Shown here: in pieces, positions 10,470-21,858 of the stretch | Layout of the letters: each line of letters begins with the position of its first letter | Numbering within the stretch: position 1 is the stretch's first letter | NCBI GenBank assembly: GCA_965217775.1 | Contig: CBDCJH010000002.1 | Coordinates: forward strand, 192,001-256,000 | Direction of reading: 5' to 3' | DNA length: 64,000 nt | Source: Acidobacteriota bacterium | GTDB taxonomy: Bacteria; Acidobacteriota; UBA6911; RPQK01; JAJDTT01 | Made by a program: the position numbers and the translations under genes | The notes under the pieces: model-generated | The model's database searches: none | Seen by the model: the letters and a program-made list of their open reading frames with translations, nothing else | What the model was told of the DNA's origin: nothing

Positions 10470-11263
10470 GCAAGTTGAGACGTAACGAACGCCGATTTCC
10501 GGCTTCCGGGGCCCCCAGGCGACGATTGCGCCGTAGCGTCTTGATCCTGCCTTCGCTCTTCACCGTGGGGAACATGTTCGCGGGCTTCTTCGCCCTGGTT
10601 TCCATACTCAACGAGAACTACCAGACGGCGGCGGTCGCCATCGGGATCGCCGTGGTCCTGGACGGACTGGACGGCCGTGTGGCACGACTCGCCAATGCCA
10701 CCAGCGATTTCGGCGTCCAGTTGGACTCGCTGGCCGACGTGGTCAGTTTCGGGATCGTTCCGGCGGTGCTCATTTATTCTTGGGGGCTGGCCGACCTGGG
10801 CAATTTCGCCCGTTTTTCGGCCTTCTTTTTCTTTATCTGCGGAGCGGTGCGTCTGGCCCGGTTCAACGTCCAGTTGAAGGAGATGAAGTATTTCGCCGGT
10901 CTGCCGATCCCGGCGGCGGCGGCCTTCGTGGCGGCGATCATCCACTATTTCGAGACGCCTCCGGATACAGTCTTCTTCAAGGTCTCACTGGTCGCCATGA
11001 ACTATGCGGTGGCCCTTCTCATGGTCAGCACGGTCCGATATCCGTCGTTCAAGCGGCTCAATCTCGGAGGCAGAAAGTCTCATCTTCTGGTTGTGATCCT
11101 GGCCTTGATGGTGGCCGCCGTATTCTTCTATTCCCGGCAGTCTTTGATGGCTATGGCTTCTGGTTACCTTCTCAGCGGTGTTGTTCTGAGGGGTTACCAG
11201 TATGTGCGTTATCGACTCAAGAAGCCGGCCTCTCTGGAGGAGCAGGAAGTTCGTCCGGATTGA
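10466..11263 (+). CDS. pssA: CDP-diacylglycerol--serine O-phosphatidyltransferase
   Basis: DGLDGRVAR...FGVQLDSLADVVSFG motif, RLARFN, FAGLPIP; overlaps psd stop. Confidence 0.93.
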   Translation: MSKLRRNERRFPASGAPRRRLRRSVLILPSLFTVGNMFAGFFALVSILNENYQTAAVAIGIAVVLDGLDGRVARLANATSDFGVQLDSLADVVSFGIVPAVLIYSWGLADLGNFARFSAFFFFICGAVRLARFNVQLKEMKYFAGLPIPAAAAFVAAIIHYFETPPDTVFFKVSLVAMNYAVALLMVSTVRYPSFKRLNLGGRKSHLLVVILALMVAAVFFYSRQSLMAMASGYLLSGVVLRGYQYVRYRLKKPASLEEQEVRPD

Positions 11264-11315
11264 GAACCCATTCGCTGCTTCATTTCACAATACAGGAAGA
11301 CGCCGGTAGCGAATG

Positions 11316-11449
11316 GCCCTCAGTTTTCACCGGGGAGCGCGCCCGGGACAGTCTGGGTCCGGGAGATTTCGATCCAGGACTAGACGGAAAAATGCCCCGC
11401 AATTTGATCTTTTTCGTGGTCGCGCAACGACCCGACGAGAAATCTGGGT
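11316..11449 (+). repeat. Decayed, internally deleted MITE family 2 copy
   Basis: Left end GCCCTCAGTTTTCACCGGGG and right end GAGAAATCTGGGT-TAGGATG resemble copy A; internal CAGTCTG..CCGGGAGA match. Confidence 0.5.
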
Positions 11450-11531
11450 TAGGATGGCGCCGAACGGACCTATCCTGTGTCCGGCCGCCGCGGCGAGATT
11501 GAACTGAACCGCTTTCGCCGGGGGTGAGAAT

Positions 11532-12899
11532 ATGCAGACGCATAAGATTCATCTGCTGGCACAATCCGTCCGCCGCCTCCTGAGGCGGAGTGCGTTCGAG
11601 CACGTCACCAACCTTCTGTCCAAGCTGCGCCCCGGCGACATCTCTCACATCATGCTGGAGCTGGGGGAGCTGCAGCAGCGGCGGGTCTTCGCACTGCTCA
11701 TCAAGCAGGACAAGGATCTGGCGGGACAGACTCTCACCGGGATGGGGCTCGATCCTGCCATCGCTCTCCTGGCCCACTTTTCCGCCGAAGAGGCGGCCGG
11801 GGTCCTCCAGGAGCTGGAGAGCGACGACGCCGCCCAATTCATCTCGGCCCTTCCCGAAGAACGGGCCGGGGCGATCCTGGATCTGATGGCCACCGAGGAA
11901 TCGGCCGAGGTCCAGGGGCTGCTGGAGCATGAGGCGGAAACCGCAGGGCGGATCATGACCCCCAACGTACTGCCCTTTCGGGAGGTCGTGACGGTGGGCG
12001 AGGCCATCCACTCCATCCAGACCACTGAAGACCTGGCGATGTCCTTCTATGTCTATGTGGTGGACGAAAGGTCCCATCTGGTAGGGATCGTCTCCTTGCG
12101 GGAATTGCTCATGGTCCCGCCCAGCACCCCCCTGAGAAAGATCATGACCACCGACATCCTCTCGGTGCGGACCGACACGGACCAGGAAGAAGTGGCACGG
12201 CAGGTGGCCCTCTACGATCTCCTGGCCATCCCGGTGGTGGACGAGGAGAACAAGCTCGTGGGCGTGATCACCGTGGACGACGTGATCGACGTCATCAAGG
12301 AAGAGGCGACCGAAGACATCTTCTACATGGCCGGCGTCGAGAGTGACGACCGGATCTACACGCCGCCTCGGAAATCGGTGAGGAAGCGGCTCCCGTGGTT
12401 GCTCATCAATCTGGTGACGGCCCTCATGGCAGCCACCATCGTGGCCTTCTACGAACCCACCATCGCCAGATTTTCGTATCTGGCCGTGTTTCTGCCGGTG
12501 GTGGCCGGGATGGGGGGGAACTCGGGGACCCAGACCTTGACCGTGATCGTTCGCGGACTTGCCCTGGGAGAGGTGACCTGGGAGAGCAGTCGGGCGGCGT
12601 TGGGAAAGGAACTGGCGGTAGCCCTCACCAACGGAGTCGTCTTGGGATTGCTGTGCGGGGCCGTGGCCTTCGCCTGGAAGGGCAGCTTCGAGTTGGGATT
12701 CGTCCTGGGCGGAGCGCTCGTCATCAACATTATGGTGGCCGGAATCATCGGAACCTTGATTCCCCTGTTTCTGATCAAGCTCAACGTCGACCCCGCCGTC
12801 GCCTCGAGCATCATTCTGACCACCTTCACGGACATGGTGGGTTTTCTTTCTTTTCTGGGATTGGCAACCTATTTCCTGGTCGTTGTCTCTCCCTCATGA
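11532..12899 (+). CDS. mgtE: Magnesium transporter MgtE
   Basis: N-domain, CBS pair (TAGRIMT, LVGVITVDD), RLPWL, GMGGNSGTQ, DPAVAS..LTTFTD. Confidence 0.96.
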   Translation: MQTHKIHLLAQSVRRLLRRSAFEHVTNLLSKLRPGDISHIMLELGELQQRRVFALLIKQDKDLAGQTLTGMGLDPAIALLAHFSAEEAAGVLQELESDDAAQFISALPEERAGAILDLMATEESAEVQGLLEHEAETAGRIMTPNVLPFREVVTVGEAIHSIQTTEDLAMSFYVYVVDERSHLVGIVSLRELLMVPPSTPLRKIMTTDILSVRTDTDQEEVARQVALYDLLAIPVVDEENKLVGVITVDDVIDVIKEEATEDIFYMAGVESDDRIYTPPRKSVRKRLPWLLINLVTALMAATIVAFYEPTIARFSYLAVFLPVVAGMGGNSGTQTLTVIVRGLALGEVTWESSRAALGKELAVALTNGVVLGLLCGAVAFAWKGSFELGFVLGGALVINIMVAGIIGTLIPLFLIKLNVDPAVASSIILTTFTDMVGFLSFLGLATYFLVVVSPS

Positions 12900-13537
12900 G
12901 CCGCCACCAATCGGAGGCGCTCACCCTTAGAACCTACCCTTACGCCGAGTCTCACAAGATTGCCGTCTTCTTCACCCGGAGTTTCGGAAAATTGCGGGGC
13001 ATCGCCCACGGCGCCAGAAAGTCAGGAGGCAAATTCGGGGGCAGCCTGGAGCCCCTGAACTACGTGAAGTTGAGTTTTCATCGCAAGGAGCACCAGGAGT
13101 TGGCGGTGATCCGGAATTGCGACGTGCTACGGGTCTTCTGGCGGGGGGCCGTCTCCTGGGAGTCCACGCTGTATCGGAGCTATTTCACCGAGCTTCTGCT
13201 CGAGTTCAGCCGGGAGCAGGAGGAAAGCGAGCGTTTCTTCCGCTTGGCCGTGGCTGTTCTTGCGGCGATGGACACGGTCCCCGCCTCCCTGCTGGCTCGT
13301 TATCTGGAGCTCTGGACTCTCAAGTTGGAAGGAATTCTTCCCGATCTCGACAGTGAACTGCCTCGTCCTGTGGCTGCCCGGGCCAGGTCCCTCATGCGGA
13401 TGCCGCCGGGCTCGTTGGAGGTAGACTGCCTGACCCTTGAGGACGACAAATCGATAGCGCGCCTTTCGGAGAAGTTGTTAGAATACCACCTCGAAAAACC
13501 GCTGAAGAGTCTGAAACTGCTGAAGGAACTCCTCTGA
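12896..13537 (+). CDS. recO: DNA repair protein RecO
   Basis: EALTLRTYPYAESHKI...FGKLRGIAHGARKS..FGGSLEP OB-fold; mgtE-recO-glyQ synteny. Confidence 0.9.
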   Translation: MSRHQSEALTLRTYPYAESHKIAVFFTRSFGKLRGIAHGARKSGGKFGGSLEPLNYVKLSFHRKEHQELAVIRNCDVLRVFWRGAVSWESTLYRSYFTELLLEFSREQEESERFFRLAVAVLAAMDTVPASLLARYLELWTLKLEGILPDLDSELPRPVAARARSLMRMPPGSLEVDCLTLEDDKSIARLSEKLLEYHLEKPLKSLKLLKELL

Positions 13538-13546
13538 AACCCGGCG

Positions 13547-14452
13547 ATGAACGAATCGGTCTGTGCAGCACCCAAGGAAGTTGCGGAAGCCCCGCAGACA
13601 TTTCAGGACATCGTGCACTGTCTGCTCGAGTTCTGGATGGCCTCGGGTTGTGTGGCGCAACAGCCCTACGACACCGAGGTGGGTGCCGGGACCATGCACC
13701 CCGAGACTTTCCTGCGGGTTCTGGGTCCTGAACCCTACAGGGTCGTCTACGTCCAGCCCAGCCGGCGACCGGCGGACGGGCGGTACGGCCAGAATCCGAA
13801 TCGTCTCTATCGCCACCATCAGCTTCAGGTCATTCTCAAGCCGTCGCCAGAGGACATTCAGGACCTTTACCTCAAGAGCCTTGCGAGCATAGGCGTGGAT
13901 TTGAAGCGTCATGACATCCGCTTCGAAGAGGACAACTGGGAGAGTCCCACCCTGGGTGCCTGGGGAGTGGGCTGGCAAGTGCTCCTGGACGGGCTCGAGA
14001 TCACGCAGTTCACCTATTTTCAGCAGGCCGGCGGTATCGAATTGATGCCCGTCCCGGTAGAGTTGACCTATGGGCTGGAAAGGATCGCAGCCTTTATCTC
14101 GGGCGAGGACAGCGTCTATCGTCTCAGATGGAATCACGAGAAGACCTATGGACAGATCCGGCGGCTGGAGGAAGCCGAGTTCTCCCGCTACAGCTTCGAG
14201 GTGGCCGACACGGATCTGCTCTTCAATCTGTTTCGTCTCTACGAGGAGGAATGCCGGCGTTGCCACGCGGCCAGATGCGTTCTCCCTGCTTATGACTACT
14301 GTCTGAAGTGCTCCCACACCTTCAACCTGCTGGATAGCCGGGGCGCCATCAGCGTCACCGAGCGTGTCGCCCTGATTGCCCGGGTGCGTGCCCTGGCGGT
14401 GGCGACTGCACGGCTCTACCTGGAAGATCATGGGTCACAGCTTTCTGCTTGA
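13547..14452 (+). CDS. glyQ: Glycyl-tRNA synthetase alpha subunit
   Basis: [39 protein letters not shown]. Confidence 0.98.
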   Translation: MNESVCAAPKEVAEAPQTFQDIVHCLLEFWMASGCVAQQPYDTEVGAGTMHPETFLRVLGPEPYRVVYVQPSRRPADGRYGQNPNRLYRHHQLQVILKPSPEDIQDLYLKSLASIGVDLKRHDIRFEEDNWESPTLGAWGVGWQVLLDGLEITQFTYFQQAGGIELMPVPVELTYGLERIAAFISGEDSVYRLRWNHEKTYGQIRRLEEAEFSRYSFEVADTDLLFNLFRLYEEECRRCHAARCVLPAYDYCLKCSHTFNLLDSRGAISVTERVALIARVRALAVATARLYLEDHGSQLSA

Positions 14453-16481
14453 GTTGGGCCTGGAGGAGATGCCCGCCGACGTCATCGCTCCGGCGCTGGC
14501 CGAGCTTGGCCGAAATCTGAAGGGTTTGCTGGCCCAGGAAGGGGTCTCCGCCGCCTCGGTTCGTTCCTACGGCACTCCCAGGAGACTGGCCTTGCTGGCC
14601 GACGGGCTGCCCGAGCGCCAGCCGGGGAGGGAGGAGCTTGTCCTCGGTCCCCCCGTCCGGGTCGCCCTGGGACCCGACGGGGGCCCAGCGAGGGCTGCTT
14701 TCGGATTCGCTCGCAGCCAGGGTCTGAACGTGGAACTGCTGGAGAGGGTAGAGACTCCAAAGGGCGAATACCTGGGATACCGAAAGAGGATTCCGGGCCG
14801 GTCCCTCCCGGAAATACTCCAGGAAAAGACGCCCCAGCTCGTGTCCGGCCTCTCTTGGCCCCGCAGCATGTACTGGCGGGAGAGCCGGTTTCGATTCATT
14901 CGGCCTCTTCGCTGGTGCACGGCGCTCTGGGATTCAAAGATCGTTTCCTTTCGATTCGAGGGAATCGATTCGGGACGTGTCACGCGTGGCCACCGGTTCC
15001 TGGGGGAGGACGAGATCCGTTTGGCTCACGCCACCGAGTACCCGGATCAGATGCGCAGGAACTACGTTCTGGCCAGTGCGGACGAACGGCGCAGCAAGAT
15101 TTCCGGAGAGCTGGCGGACAAGGTTCCCCCCGGACTGTCTCCCGTGGATGACGAACGTCTTCTGGAGACGGTCGTTCAGCTCAACGAATTCCCCACCGTT
15201 CTGTGCGGAGACTTCGACGAGGCCTTTCTGAATATCCCCCGGGAGGTGCTGGTCACGGTCATGCGGCACCACCAGAAGTACTTCTCGGTGACTGACGCCG
15301 GAGGGGAACTCCGGCCCCACTTCATGACCGTGGTCAATACCGACGGAGACTCGGACGGCCGAATCCGAAAGGGACACGAGAGGGTTTTGAGAGCCCGTCT
15401 CGAGGACGCGGCGTTCTTCTGGCGGACCGATCTCAAGACCAGCATGGAGGCGCGGTGCGAAAGGCTGGCGGAGATCGTCTTTCACCAGCGCCTGGGAAGT
15501 TACCTGGACAAGGTAAGACGGGTCAAGGCGCTCTGCTCCCGATTGAAACCGGACCCTCGGCTGGAACGTGCGGCTCTGTTGTCCAAGGCGGATCTCACCT
15601 CCGATATGGTTCGTGAGCTTCCGGAATTGCAGGGAGTCATGGGGGGACTCTACACACGCCGGGAGGGCTATCCCGCCGAAGTATGGAAGGCAATCCTGGA
15701 GCATTACAAGCCGGTCTCTCTCAGTGATGCTCCTCCCTCCACACTTGCCGGAGCCCTGTTGGCTCTCGCCGACAAGCTGGACACCGTCACCACCTGTATT
15801 TCCGGTGGAATCGTTCCCACGGGCTCGAGCGATCCCTTCGCACTGCGTCGTCAAGCCCTGGGTATCGTCAAGATATTGTTGGAGTACCGCCTCGATTACC
15901 CGCTTGAAGACTTGGTCCGGATGGCGCGGCAGTCCCTCTCGGACGATGCTGCCGGAACCGAGTCGGAAGACCGGGTCCTGGCATTCCTGGAACGCAGGGT
16001 ACGGTATGTTTTTCGTAACCGGGGTGTTTCCGAGGACGTCATCCGGGCCGTACAAGCGGTAGACTCCCGTCGGAGCCTGCATCTCCGGCTCAGGAAAGCG
16101 GTCGCCCTGGAGGAGATGAGGAGCGAAGTGGATTTCGAGGTGTTGGCAACGGCCTACAAGAGGATCAAGAATATACTGGCCGGCCAGGCGATCGAACTGG
16201 ATCGGGTCCGCGCCAGCGAACTGAGGGAACCGGCGGAACGGACTTTGAACCGGGTGGTCCAAGAGACCCGCCCCCAGGTCGTCGCCAGGCTGGAGAAGGG
16301 GGAGTTTGTGGAAGCGCTGAAGCAGATGGCCCGCCTGCGCGGACCCGTCGACCGTTTCTTCGAGGACGTGCTCGTCATGTCGCACGAGGAAGACCTGCGC
16401 AGGAACCGATTGAGAATCCTCCATGAGATCTCACAGCTTTTCTTGTCCTACGCGGACATATCCATGGTGGCGAGGACTTGA
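14430..16481 (+). CDS. glyS: Glycyl-tRNA synthetase beta subunit
   Basis: [43 protein letters not shown] domain. Confidence 0.97.
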   Translation: MGHSFLLELGLEEMPADVIAPALAELGRNLKGLLAQEGVSAASVRSYGTPRRLALLADGLPERQPGREELVLGPPVRVALGPDGGPARAAFGFARSQGLNVELLERVETPKGEYLGYRKRIPGRSLPEILQEKTPQLVSGLSWPRSMYWRESRFRFIRPLRWCTALWDSKIVSFRFEGIDSGRVTRGHRFLGEDEIRLAHATEYPDQMRRNYVLASADERRSKISGELADKVPPGLSPVDDERLLETVVQLNEFPTVLCGDFDEAFLNIPREVLVTVMRHHQKYFSVTDAGGELRPHFMTVVNTDGDSDGRIRKGHERVLRARLEDAAFFWRTDLKTSMEARCERLAEIVFHQRLGSYLDKVRRVKALCSRLKPDPRLERAALLSKADLTSDMVRELPELQGVMGGLYTRREGYPAEVWKAILEHYKPVSLSDAPPSTLAGALLALADKLDTVTTCISGGIVPTGSSDPFALRRQALGIVKILLEYRLDYPLEDLVRMARQSLSDDAAGTESEDRVLAFLERRVRYVFRNRGVSEDVIRAVQAVDSRRSLHLRLRKAVALEEMRSEVDFEVLATAYKRIKNILAGQAIELDRVRASELREPAERTLNRVVQETRPQVVARLEKGEFVEALKQMARLRGPVDRFFEDVLVMSHEEDLRRNRLRILHEISQLFLSYADISMVART

Positions 16482-16541
16482 TTCGGAGATCGGACGACGA
16501 AAAACTCATGCCTTGCCCGAGGCAGGATGAATTCGAGGTGA

Positions 16542-17867
16542 ATGGACATGATTGAAAAGGGTGTAAGAATCGAGGAGCCCCGGGGAAAACTGGGGGTGCT
16601 GTTGGTGGGACTGGGTGCGGTGAGCACCACCTTCATTGCCGGCGTCGAGGCTGTCAAGAGGGGACTGGCCCAGCCCATCGGGTCTCTATCCCAATTCGGA
16701 ACCGTCCGGCTGGGGAAACGGACCGAGGGGCGGTCGCCCAAGATCTCCGATTTCGTTCCCTTGGCCCAACTGGAGGATCTGGAATTCGCGTCCTGGGACC
16801 TGTTCGACGACGACGCGTACACGGCGGCCGTCAAGGCCGGCGTGCTGGAGATGAGTCTTCTGGAACAGCTCCGGCCGGTGCTGGAAGAAGTGCGACCCTA
16901 TCCGGCGGTCTTCGACAACCGGTACGTCAAGAGGCTGGATGGAACCCATGTCAGGAAGGGCCGGAACAAATGGGATCTGGCCCATCAGTTGATGGAACAG
17001 ATCCGGTCGTTTCAGCGGGAGAAGCAGGTCGATCGCATGGTGATGGTCTGGTGCGGCAGCACCGAGATCTTTCTGGAGACGGGACCCGTTCATCAGGACG
17101 TTGCCGCGCTGGAGGAGGGTCTCAAGAACAACCATCCCGACATTCCGTCCAGCATGGTCTACGCCTATGCGGCCCTCAAGCTGGGGATTCCCTACGCCAA
17201 CGGCGCTCCCAACCTGACGGTGGATGCGCCGGCCTTCCAACAGCTGGCCCTTGAGCAGGGCGTTCCCATCTGCGGCAAGGACTTCAAGACGGGCCAGACT
17301 CTGATGAAGACCATCGTCGCCCCTGGCCTCAAGGCCAGGCTCCTGGGGCTCTCGGGCTGGTTTTCCACGAATATCTTGGGCAACCGGGACGGCGAGGTTC
17401 TGGACGATCCCGGGTCCTTCCGGACCAAGGAGGAGAGCAAACTCTCGGTTCTGGAATACATCCTGCAGCCCGAGCATTATCCGGACCTGTACGGCGACTT
17501 CTATCACAAGGTTCGGATCAACTATTACCCGCCGCGCCGGGACGACAAGGAGGGTTGGGACAACCTGGATATCTTCGGCTGGCTGGGATACCCGATGCAG
17601 ATCAAGATCGACTTCCTCTGCAAGGACAGCATCTTGGCCGCCCCCATCGTGCTGGATCTGGTGCTGTTCCTGGACCTGGCCAAGCGGGCTGGGATGACAG
17701 GAATCCAGGAGTGGCTCTCCTTCTATTTCAAGAGTCCCATGACCCTGCCCGAGCTCTATCCCGAGCACGATCTCTTCATCCAGCTCATGAAGTTGAAGAA
17801 CACCCTCCGCTATATGCGTGGAGAGGAACAGATCACCCATCTGGGTCTCGACTACTATGAATCCTGA
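16542..17867 (+). CDS. ino1: myo-Inositol-1-phosphate synthase
   Basis: VGLGAVSTT, GKDFKTGQT, NILGNRDG, DSILAAP, SFYFKSP. Confidence 0.95.
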   Translation: MDMIEKGVRIEEPRGKLGVLLVGLGAVSTTFIAGVEAVKRGLAQPIGSLSQFGTVRLGKRTEGRSPKISDFVPLAQLEDLEFASWDLFDDDAYTAAVKAGVLEMSLLEQLRPVLEEVRPYPAVFDNRYVKRLDGTHVRKGRNKWDLAHQLMEQIRSFQREKQVDRMVMVWCGSTEIFLETGPVHQDVAALEEGLKNNHPDIPSSMVYAYAALKLGIPYANGAPNLTVDAPAFQQLALEQGVPICGKDFKTGQTLMKTIVAPGLKARLLGLSGWFSTNILGNRDGEVLDDPGSFRTKEESKLSVLEYILQPEHYPDLYGDFYHKVRINYYPPRRDDKEGWDNLDIFGWLGYPMQIKIDFLCKDSILAAPIVLDLVLFLDLAKRAGMTGIQEWLSFYFKSPMTLPELYPEHDLFIQLMKLKNTLRYMRGEEQITHLGLDYYES

Positions 17868-18013
17868 CCCGCATCGCCGGCGACGCGGGACCAGGAGTCT
17901 GCGCAGTAGATCAATTTCTGCGGCGCAGGCTCCCAGGTCCCGCAGGCCCGCCGGTTTCAGCGGGGTTCCCGTTTCGGATCCTTCTATTCGTATCTCCGTT
18001 TGAGGCGGTTTGC

Positions 18014-20731
18014 ATGGACAGCGGCAAATGGGTGTTCCGGTTTGACGAAGTGCCTCCCGTGGAGACTCATCACGAAAGGGAGTCATTGCGGTCCCGGCTG
18101 GGTGGCAAGGGTGCGAGCCTGGCCGAGATGAGTCGCATCGGCCTGCCGGTGCCACCCGGTTTCATCATCACCACGGACGCGTGCGTCGAGTATCTGCGTT
18201 CGGGAGGCGACCTTCCGGAGGGGCTGTGGGACCAGGTGTTGGAGGCCATGGGGCGAATCGAGGAGGCCACCGGCAAGGGCTTTGGCGATGCGGAGAACCC
18301 ACTGCTCGTCTCCTGCCGGTCCGGGGCCATGCACTCCATGCCCGGGATGATGGATACGGTGCTCAACGTAGGACTCAACGACGAGACCGCTGCGGGGCTG
18401 ACGGCCGCTTCCGGAGACGAGCGGTTCGGGTTCGACGCCTATCGCCGTTTGATCCAGATGTTCGGAAGCGTGGTTCTGGAGTTGGGTGACGACGCATTCG
18501 AGGAGTCTCTGGAACGGATGAAACGCGATCGGCAGGTGGCGTCGGACGCAGAGATGACGGCTTCGGACTGGAAGGAGTTGACGGCTGGTTTCAAACGGAT
18601 CATCCGTGCGCAGGCTGGCATGGAGTTTCCCCAGGACCCCGTCGAACAACTGCGGATGGCGGTCCAGGCCGTCTTTGGAAGCTGGAACGGTAAACGCGCA
18701 ATCGACTATCGAAATGTCTCGGGCATCCCCCATGACCTGGGGACTGCGGTCAACGTCGTCTCCATGGTCTTCGGCAACATGGGTCTCGATTCCGGCACGG
18801 GTGTGGTCATTTCGCGGAATCCGGTGACCGGAGAACGGACTCTCTACGGCGACTATCTCCCGAACGCCCAAGGCGAGGACGTGGTGGCGGGAATCCGCAA
18901 CACACAGAGCATCATCGATCTCGGCGAACGGATGCCGGAGGTCGCCCGGGAGCTGACTCGGATCTGCCGGAAGCTGGAAGAGCGGTATCGTGACATGCAG
19001 GACGTGGAGTTCACCGTCGAGCGGCGCAAACTCTGGATCCTGCAGACGCGAACCGGGCAGAGAACCGCCAGAGCGGCGATTCGCATTGCGGTGGATCTCT
19101 GCAATGAAGGACGCGTCACCCGTGACGAAGCGCTGCTCCGGGTCCGTCCCGAGGATATCGACGTGTTTCTGCACCCGGCCTTCGCGCCTCGTGCCAAGGA
19201 TACGGCCAGGGACGCCGGAAACTTGCTGGGCCGCGGAGTCAACGCCTCTCCGGGGGCCGCCGTCGGACGGGTGGTTTTCGACGCCGATACGGCCGAGAGA
19301 TGGAGTCGAGAAGGAACCGACGTGGTCATGGTGCGCCCCTTCACCCGGCCCGACGACGTTCACGGCATGCTCGCGTCCCGTGGCATCCTCACCATCGAAG
19401 GCGGGGCGACGAGCCATGCCGCCGTGGTCGCGCGCCAGTTCGGCGTGCCCTGCGTCGTCGGAGCCGGAGGAATGGAACTTCGGGAGACGAAACGCCGGCT
19501 CAAGGCCAATGGACATCGGGTGCGCGAGGGGGATTGGATCTCCCTGGATGGGACCTCGGGAGAGATCTTTTTGGGAAGGATCCCGACTGTCGAATCCGAT
19601 CTGGAAAAACAGGAGGACCTGCAAACGCTTCTGTCCTGGGCCGACAGCCGTCGTCATCTCGGCGTCTTGGCCAACGCGGACCACCCCCAGGATGCCGTCC
19701 GGGCGCTGGCCTACGGCGCCGAAGGCGTGGGTCTTTGCCGGACCGAGCACATGTTCTTCGAAGCCACCCGCCTGCCCATCGTTCGGCAGATGATCCTGTC
19801 GAGTGACGAGACGGAACGCAAACCGGCTCTGGATCGTCTCCTTCCATTGCAGCGGGGGGACTTTGAAGGCCTTTTCAGGGTGATGGATGGGCGTCCCGTT
19901 GTGATCCGGCTCATCGATCCACCGCTGCACGAATTTCTACCCACGGAGAAGGAGATTCGGGACCGGCTGCGACTGTGCCGCGATGAGGGGCGGACTGAAG
20001 AGGTGAGTGAGTTGCAGCGAACCCTGGCCACGCTTCGAAAGCTGCACGAGAGCAATCCCATGATGGGGCTGCGGGGGATTCGGCTCAGTATCGTGATGCC
20101 GGGGATCGTGAGCATGCAGGTCCGGGCCGTCTTCGAGGCGGCCTGTAACGTGGTTCAGGAAGGCGGGACGGTCCGGCCCAAGATCCTGATCCCTCTGGTT
20201 GGGCACGTGAACGAGTTGAAAGTGGTCCAGCCGGTTCTGGAACGGGTGGCCGTGGAGGTCATGGGCGAAAGGGGATGCCGGCTCGAGTACATGTTCGGGA
20301 CCATGATCGAAGTTCCACGGGCCGCCATCACGGCGAATCAGTTGGCCGAAGTGGCCGAGTTCTTCTCGTTCGGCACCAACGACCTGACCCAGATGACGTT
20401 GGGCTATTCCCGCGACGACGCGGAGACGCACTTCTTGTTGCGCTATGTGGACGAGGGCATCCTGCCCTCGAATCCTTTCCAGACCCTGGATCAGGAGGGT
20501 GTGGGAAGGCTGGTTCGGATCGCGGTTCGAGAGGGAAGGGCGCGGCGTCCCAATCTTGAAATCGGGATCTGCGGCGAACACGGTGGGGATACGGAATCCA
20601 TCGATTTCTGTCACCGGATCAAGATGGACTACGTGAGCTGTTCCCCGTTCCGGGTTCCCGTGGCCCGCCTGGCGGCGGCCCAGGCCGCCATCCGGGCGGC
20701 CCCCCTCTTCGCCGAGGGGCAGATCCACTGA
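18014..20731 (+). CDS. ppdK: Pyruvate, phosphate dikinase
   Basis: LGGKGASL, SMPGMMDT, GGATSHAA phospho-His, GLCRTEHMF, GICGEHGG. Confidence 0.97.
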   Translation: MDSGKWVFRFDEVPPVETHHERESLRSRLGGKGASLAEMSRIGLPVPPGFIITTDACVEYLRSGGDLPEGLWDQVLEAMGRIEEATGKGFGDAENPLLVSCRSGAMHSMPGMMDTVLNVGLNDETAAGLTAASGDERFGFDAYRRLIQMFGSVVLELGDDAFEESLERMKRDRQVASDAEMTASDWKELTAGFKRIIRAQAGMEFPQDPVEQLRMAVQAVFGSWNGKRAIDYRNVSGIPHDLGTAVNVVSMVFGNMGLDSGTGVVISRNPVTGERTLYGDYLPNAQGEDVVAGIRNTQSIIDLGERMPEVARELTRICRKLEERYRDMQDVEFTVERRKLWILQTRTGQRTARAAIRIAVDLCNEGRVTRDEALLRVRPEDIDVFLHPAFAPRAKDTARDAGNLLGRGVNASPGAAVGRVVFDADTAERWSREGTDVVMVRPFTRPDDVHGMLASRGILTIEGGATSHAAVVARQFGVPCVVGAGGMELRETKRRLKANGHRVREGDWISLDGTSGEIFLGRIPTVESDLEKQEDLQTLLSWADSRRHLGVLANADHPQDAVRALAYGAEGVGLCRTEHMFFEATRLPIVRQMILSSDETERKPALDRLLPLQRGDFEGLFRVMDGRPVVIRLIDPPLHEFLPTEKEIRDRLRLCRDEGRTEEVSELQRTLATLRKLHESNPMMGLRGIRLSIVMPGIVSMQVRAVFEAACNVVQEGGTVRPKILIPLVGHVNELKVVQPVLERVAVEVMGERGCRLEYMFGTMIEVPRAAITANQLAEVAEFFSFGTNDLTQMTLGYSRDDAETHFLLRYVDEGILPSNPFQTLDQEGVGRLVRIAVREGRARRPNLEIGICGEHGGDTESIDFCHRIKMDYVSCSPFRVPVARLAAAQAAIRAAPLFAEGQIH

Positions 20732-20825
20732 TCCCAGGTGCCTCGGATCTCCATGTCTTCAAATGAGTGCCGGAGGGGTGTTTCTTTCTGCTAAGATGAG
20801 CCCCGCGTACCGTGGGTAGCGACCT

Positions 20826-21842
20826 ATGAGGGTGACTCAGGCACAGAATCGGTGGAAACTGCTCTCCGGATATCTTACGGGGCGCGCCGATCTGGAAGCC
20901 TACCCCATCACCCTCATCATCGAGAACACCGGGAAATGCAACCTCAAGTGCCCCATGTGTCCCCGGGAGCTGGGCTACTACCCTCCTGAGGACTTCGACT
21001 TCGGCCTCTTCCAGCAGATCATCGACGAGATCAGCCAAAAAACCGAATTGGTATTCCCCTGGGGAGGCGGCGAGCCTCTCATGAATCCCGACATCTTTCG
21101 CATGGTGCGATATTGCAAGGACGCCGATATCTACACCGTGGTTTCGACCAACGCCACCCTGTTGGACCGGCGCCGGAGCCAGGAACTCCTGGAGTCGGGG
21201 CTGGACAGTCTCATCATCGCCTTCGACGGGACCACTCGCGAAACTTACGAGAAGTACCGCAAGGGAGCCAATTTCGAGAAGGTCAGCGCCAACATCCTGA
21301 GCTTCCTGGAGATGAAGAAGGTCCAGCGTCCCGATCTGTTCGTGGTGCTTCAGATGGTCCGTCTACCCGAGAATCAACACCAGGTCCGGGACTTCCAGAA
21401 GATGTGGTCCATCGACGGGGTCGACGAAGTTCGCATCAAGGAGGACGAGATCGTCATTCCGGACGTGGCGTTGGAGGAGAGAATCCAGCACACCCGGCGG
21501 CGGCATCCCTGCTACCAACTCTGGCAGGGGCCGGCCATGGTCAATTACAAGGGGGAATTTTTCCCCTGTTGCCACACCTGGCAGACCGAGCCCATCGGCA
21601 ACGTCCGAGACTCCTCCATCTACGACCTCTGGAATTCGGAGAGGATGGAGCGGATGCGGGAGGCTCATCTGAAGGGAGACCTGACCGACTATCCCGAGTG
21701 CCAGGACTGTCACGCGCCCAATCCCCGTCTCCCCGTCATCCTGGGCAGCTTCATGGTGGACACCCTCAAGGTCCGCCGCTGGATTCCCCGGATGGAGAAG
21801 CTGGCGATCTTCTACAAGATGCCGATCTTCAGGGACCACTAG
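20826..21842 (+). CDS. Radical SAM protein with SPASM/twitch domain
   Basis: CNLKCPMC, GGEPL, C-terminal CYQLW...PCC...IGN...CQDC. Confidence 0.92.
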   Translation: MRVTQAQNRWKLLSGYLTGRADLEAYPITLIIENTGKCNLKCPMCPRELGYYPPEDFDFGLFQQIIDEISQKTELVFPWGGGEPLMNPDIFRMVRYCKDADIYTVVSTNATLLDRRRSQELLESGLDSLIIAFDGTTRETYEKYRKGANFEKVSANILSFLEMKKVQRPDLFVVLQMVRLPENQHQVRDFQKMWSIDGVDEVRIKEDEIVIPDVALEERIQHTRRRHPCYQLWQGPAMVNYKGEFFPCCHTWQTEPIGNVRDSSIYDLWNSERMERMREAHLKGDLTDYPECQDCHAPNPRLPVILGSFMVDTLKVRRWIPRMEKLAIFYKMPIFRDH

Positions 21843-21856
21843 CCCGAAATGCGGGC
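21842..21856 (+). repeat. 15-bp collapsed mini-copy of MITE family 2
   Basis: GCCCG+AAATGCGGGC = fused left and right termini, directly before the full copy. Confidence 0.6.
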
Positions 21857-21858
21857 TG

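Noticed and set aside
17862-17897. GC-rich hairpin after ino1, and a 14-bp match (TCCCGTTTCGGATC) between ~17966 and ~49314
   Set aside because: No U-tract and only two short matches; insufficient to call a terminator or repeat family
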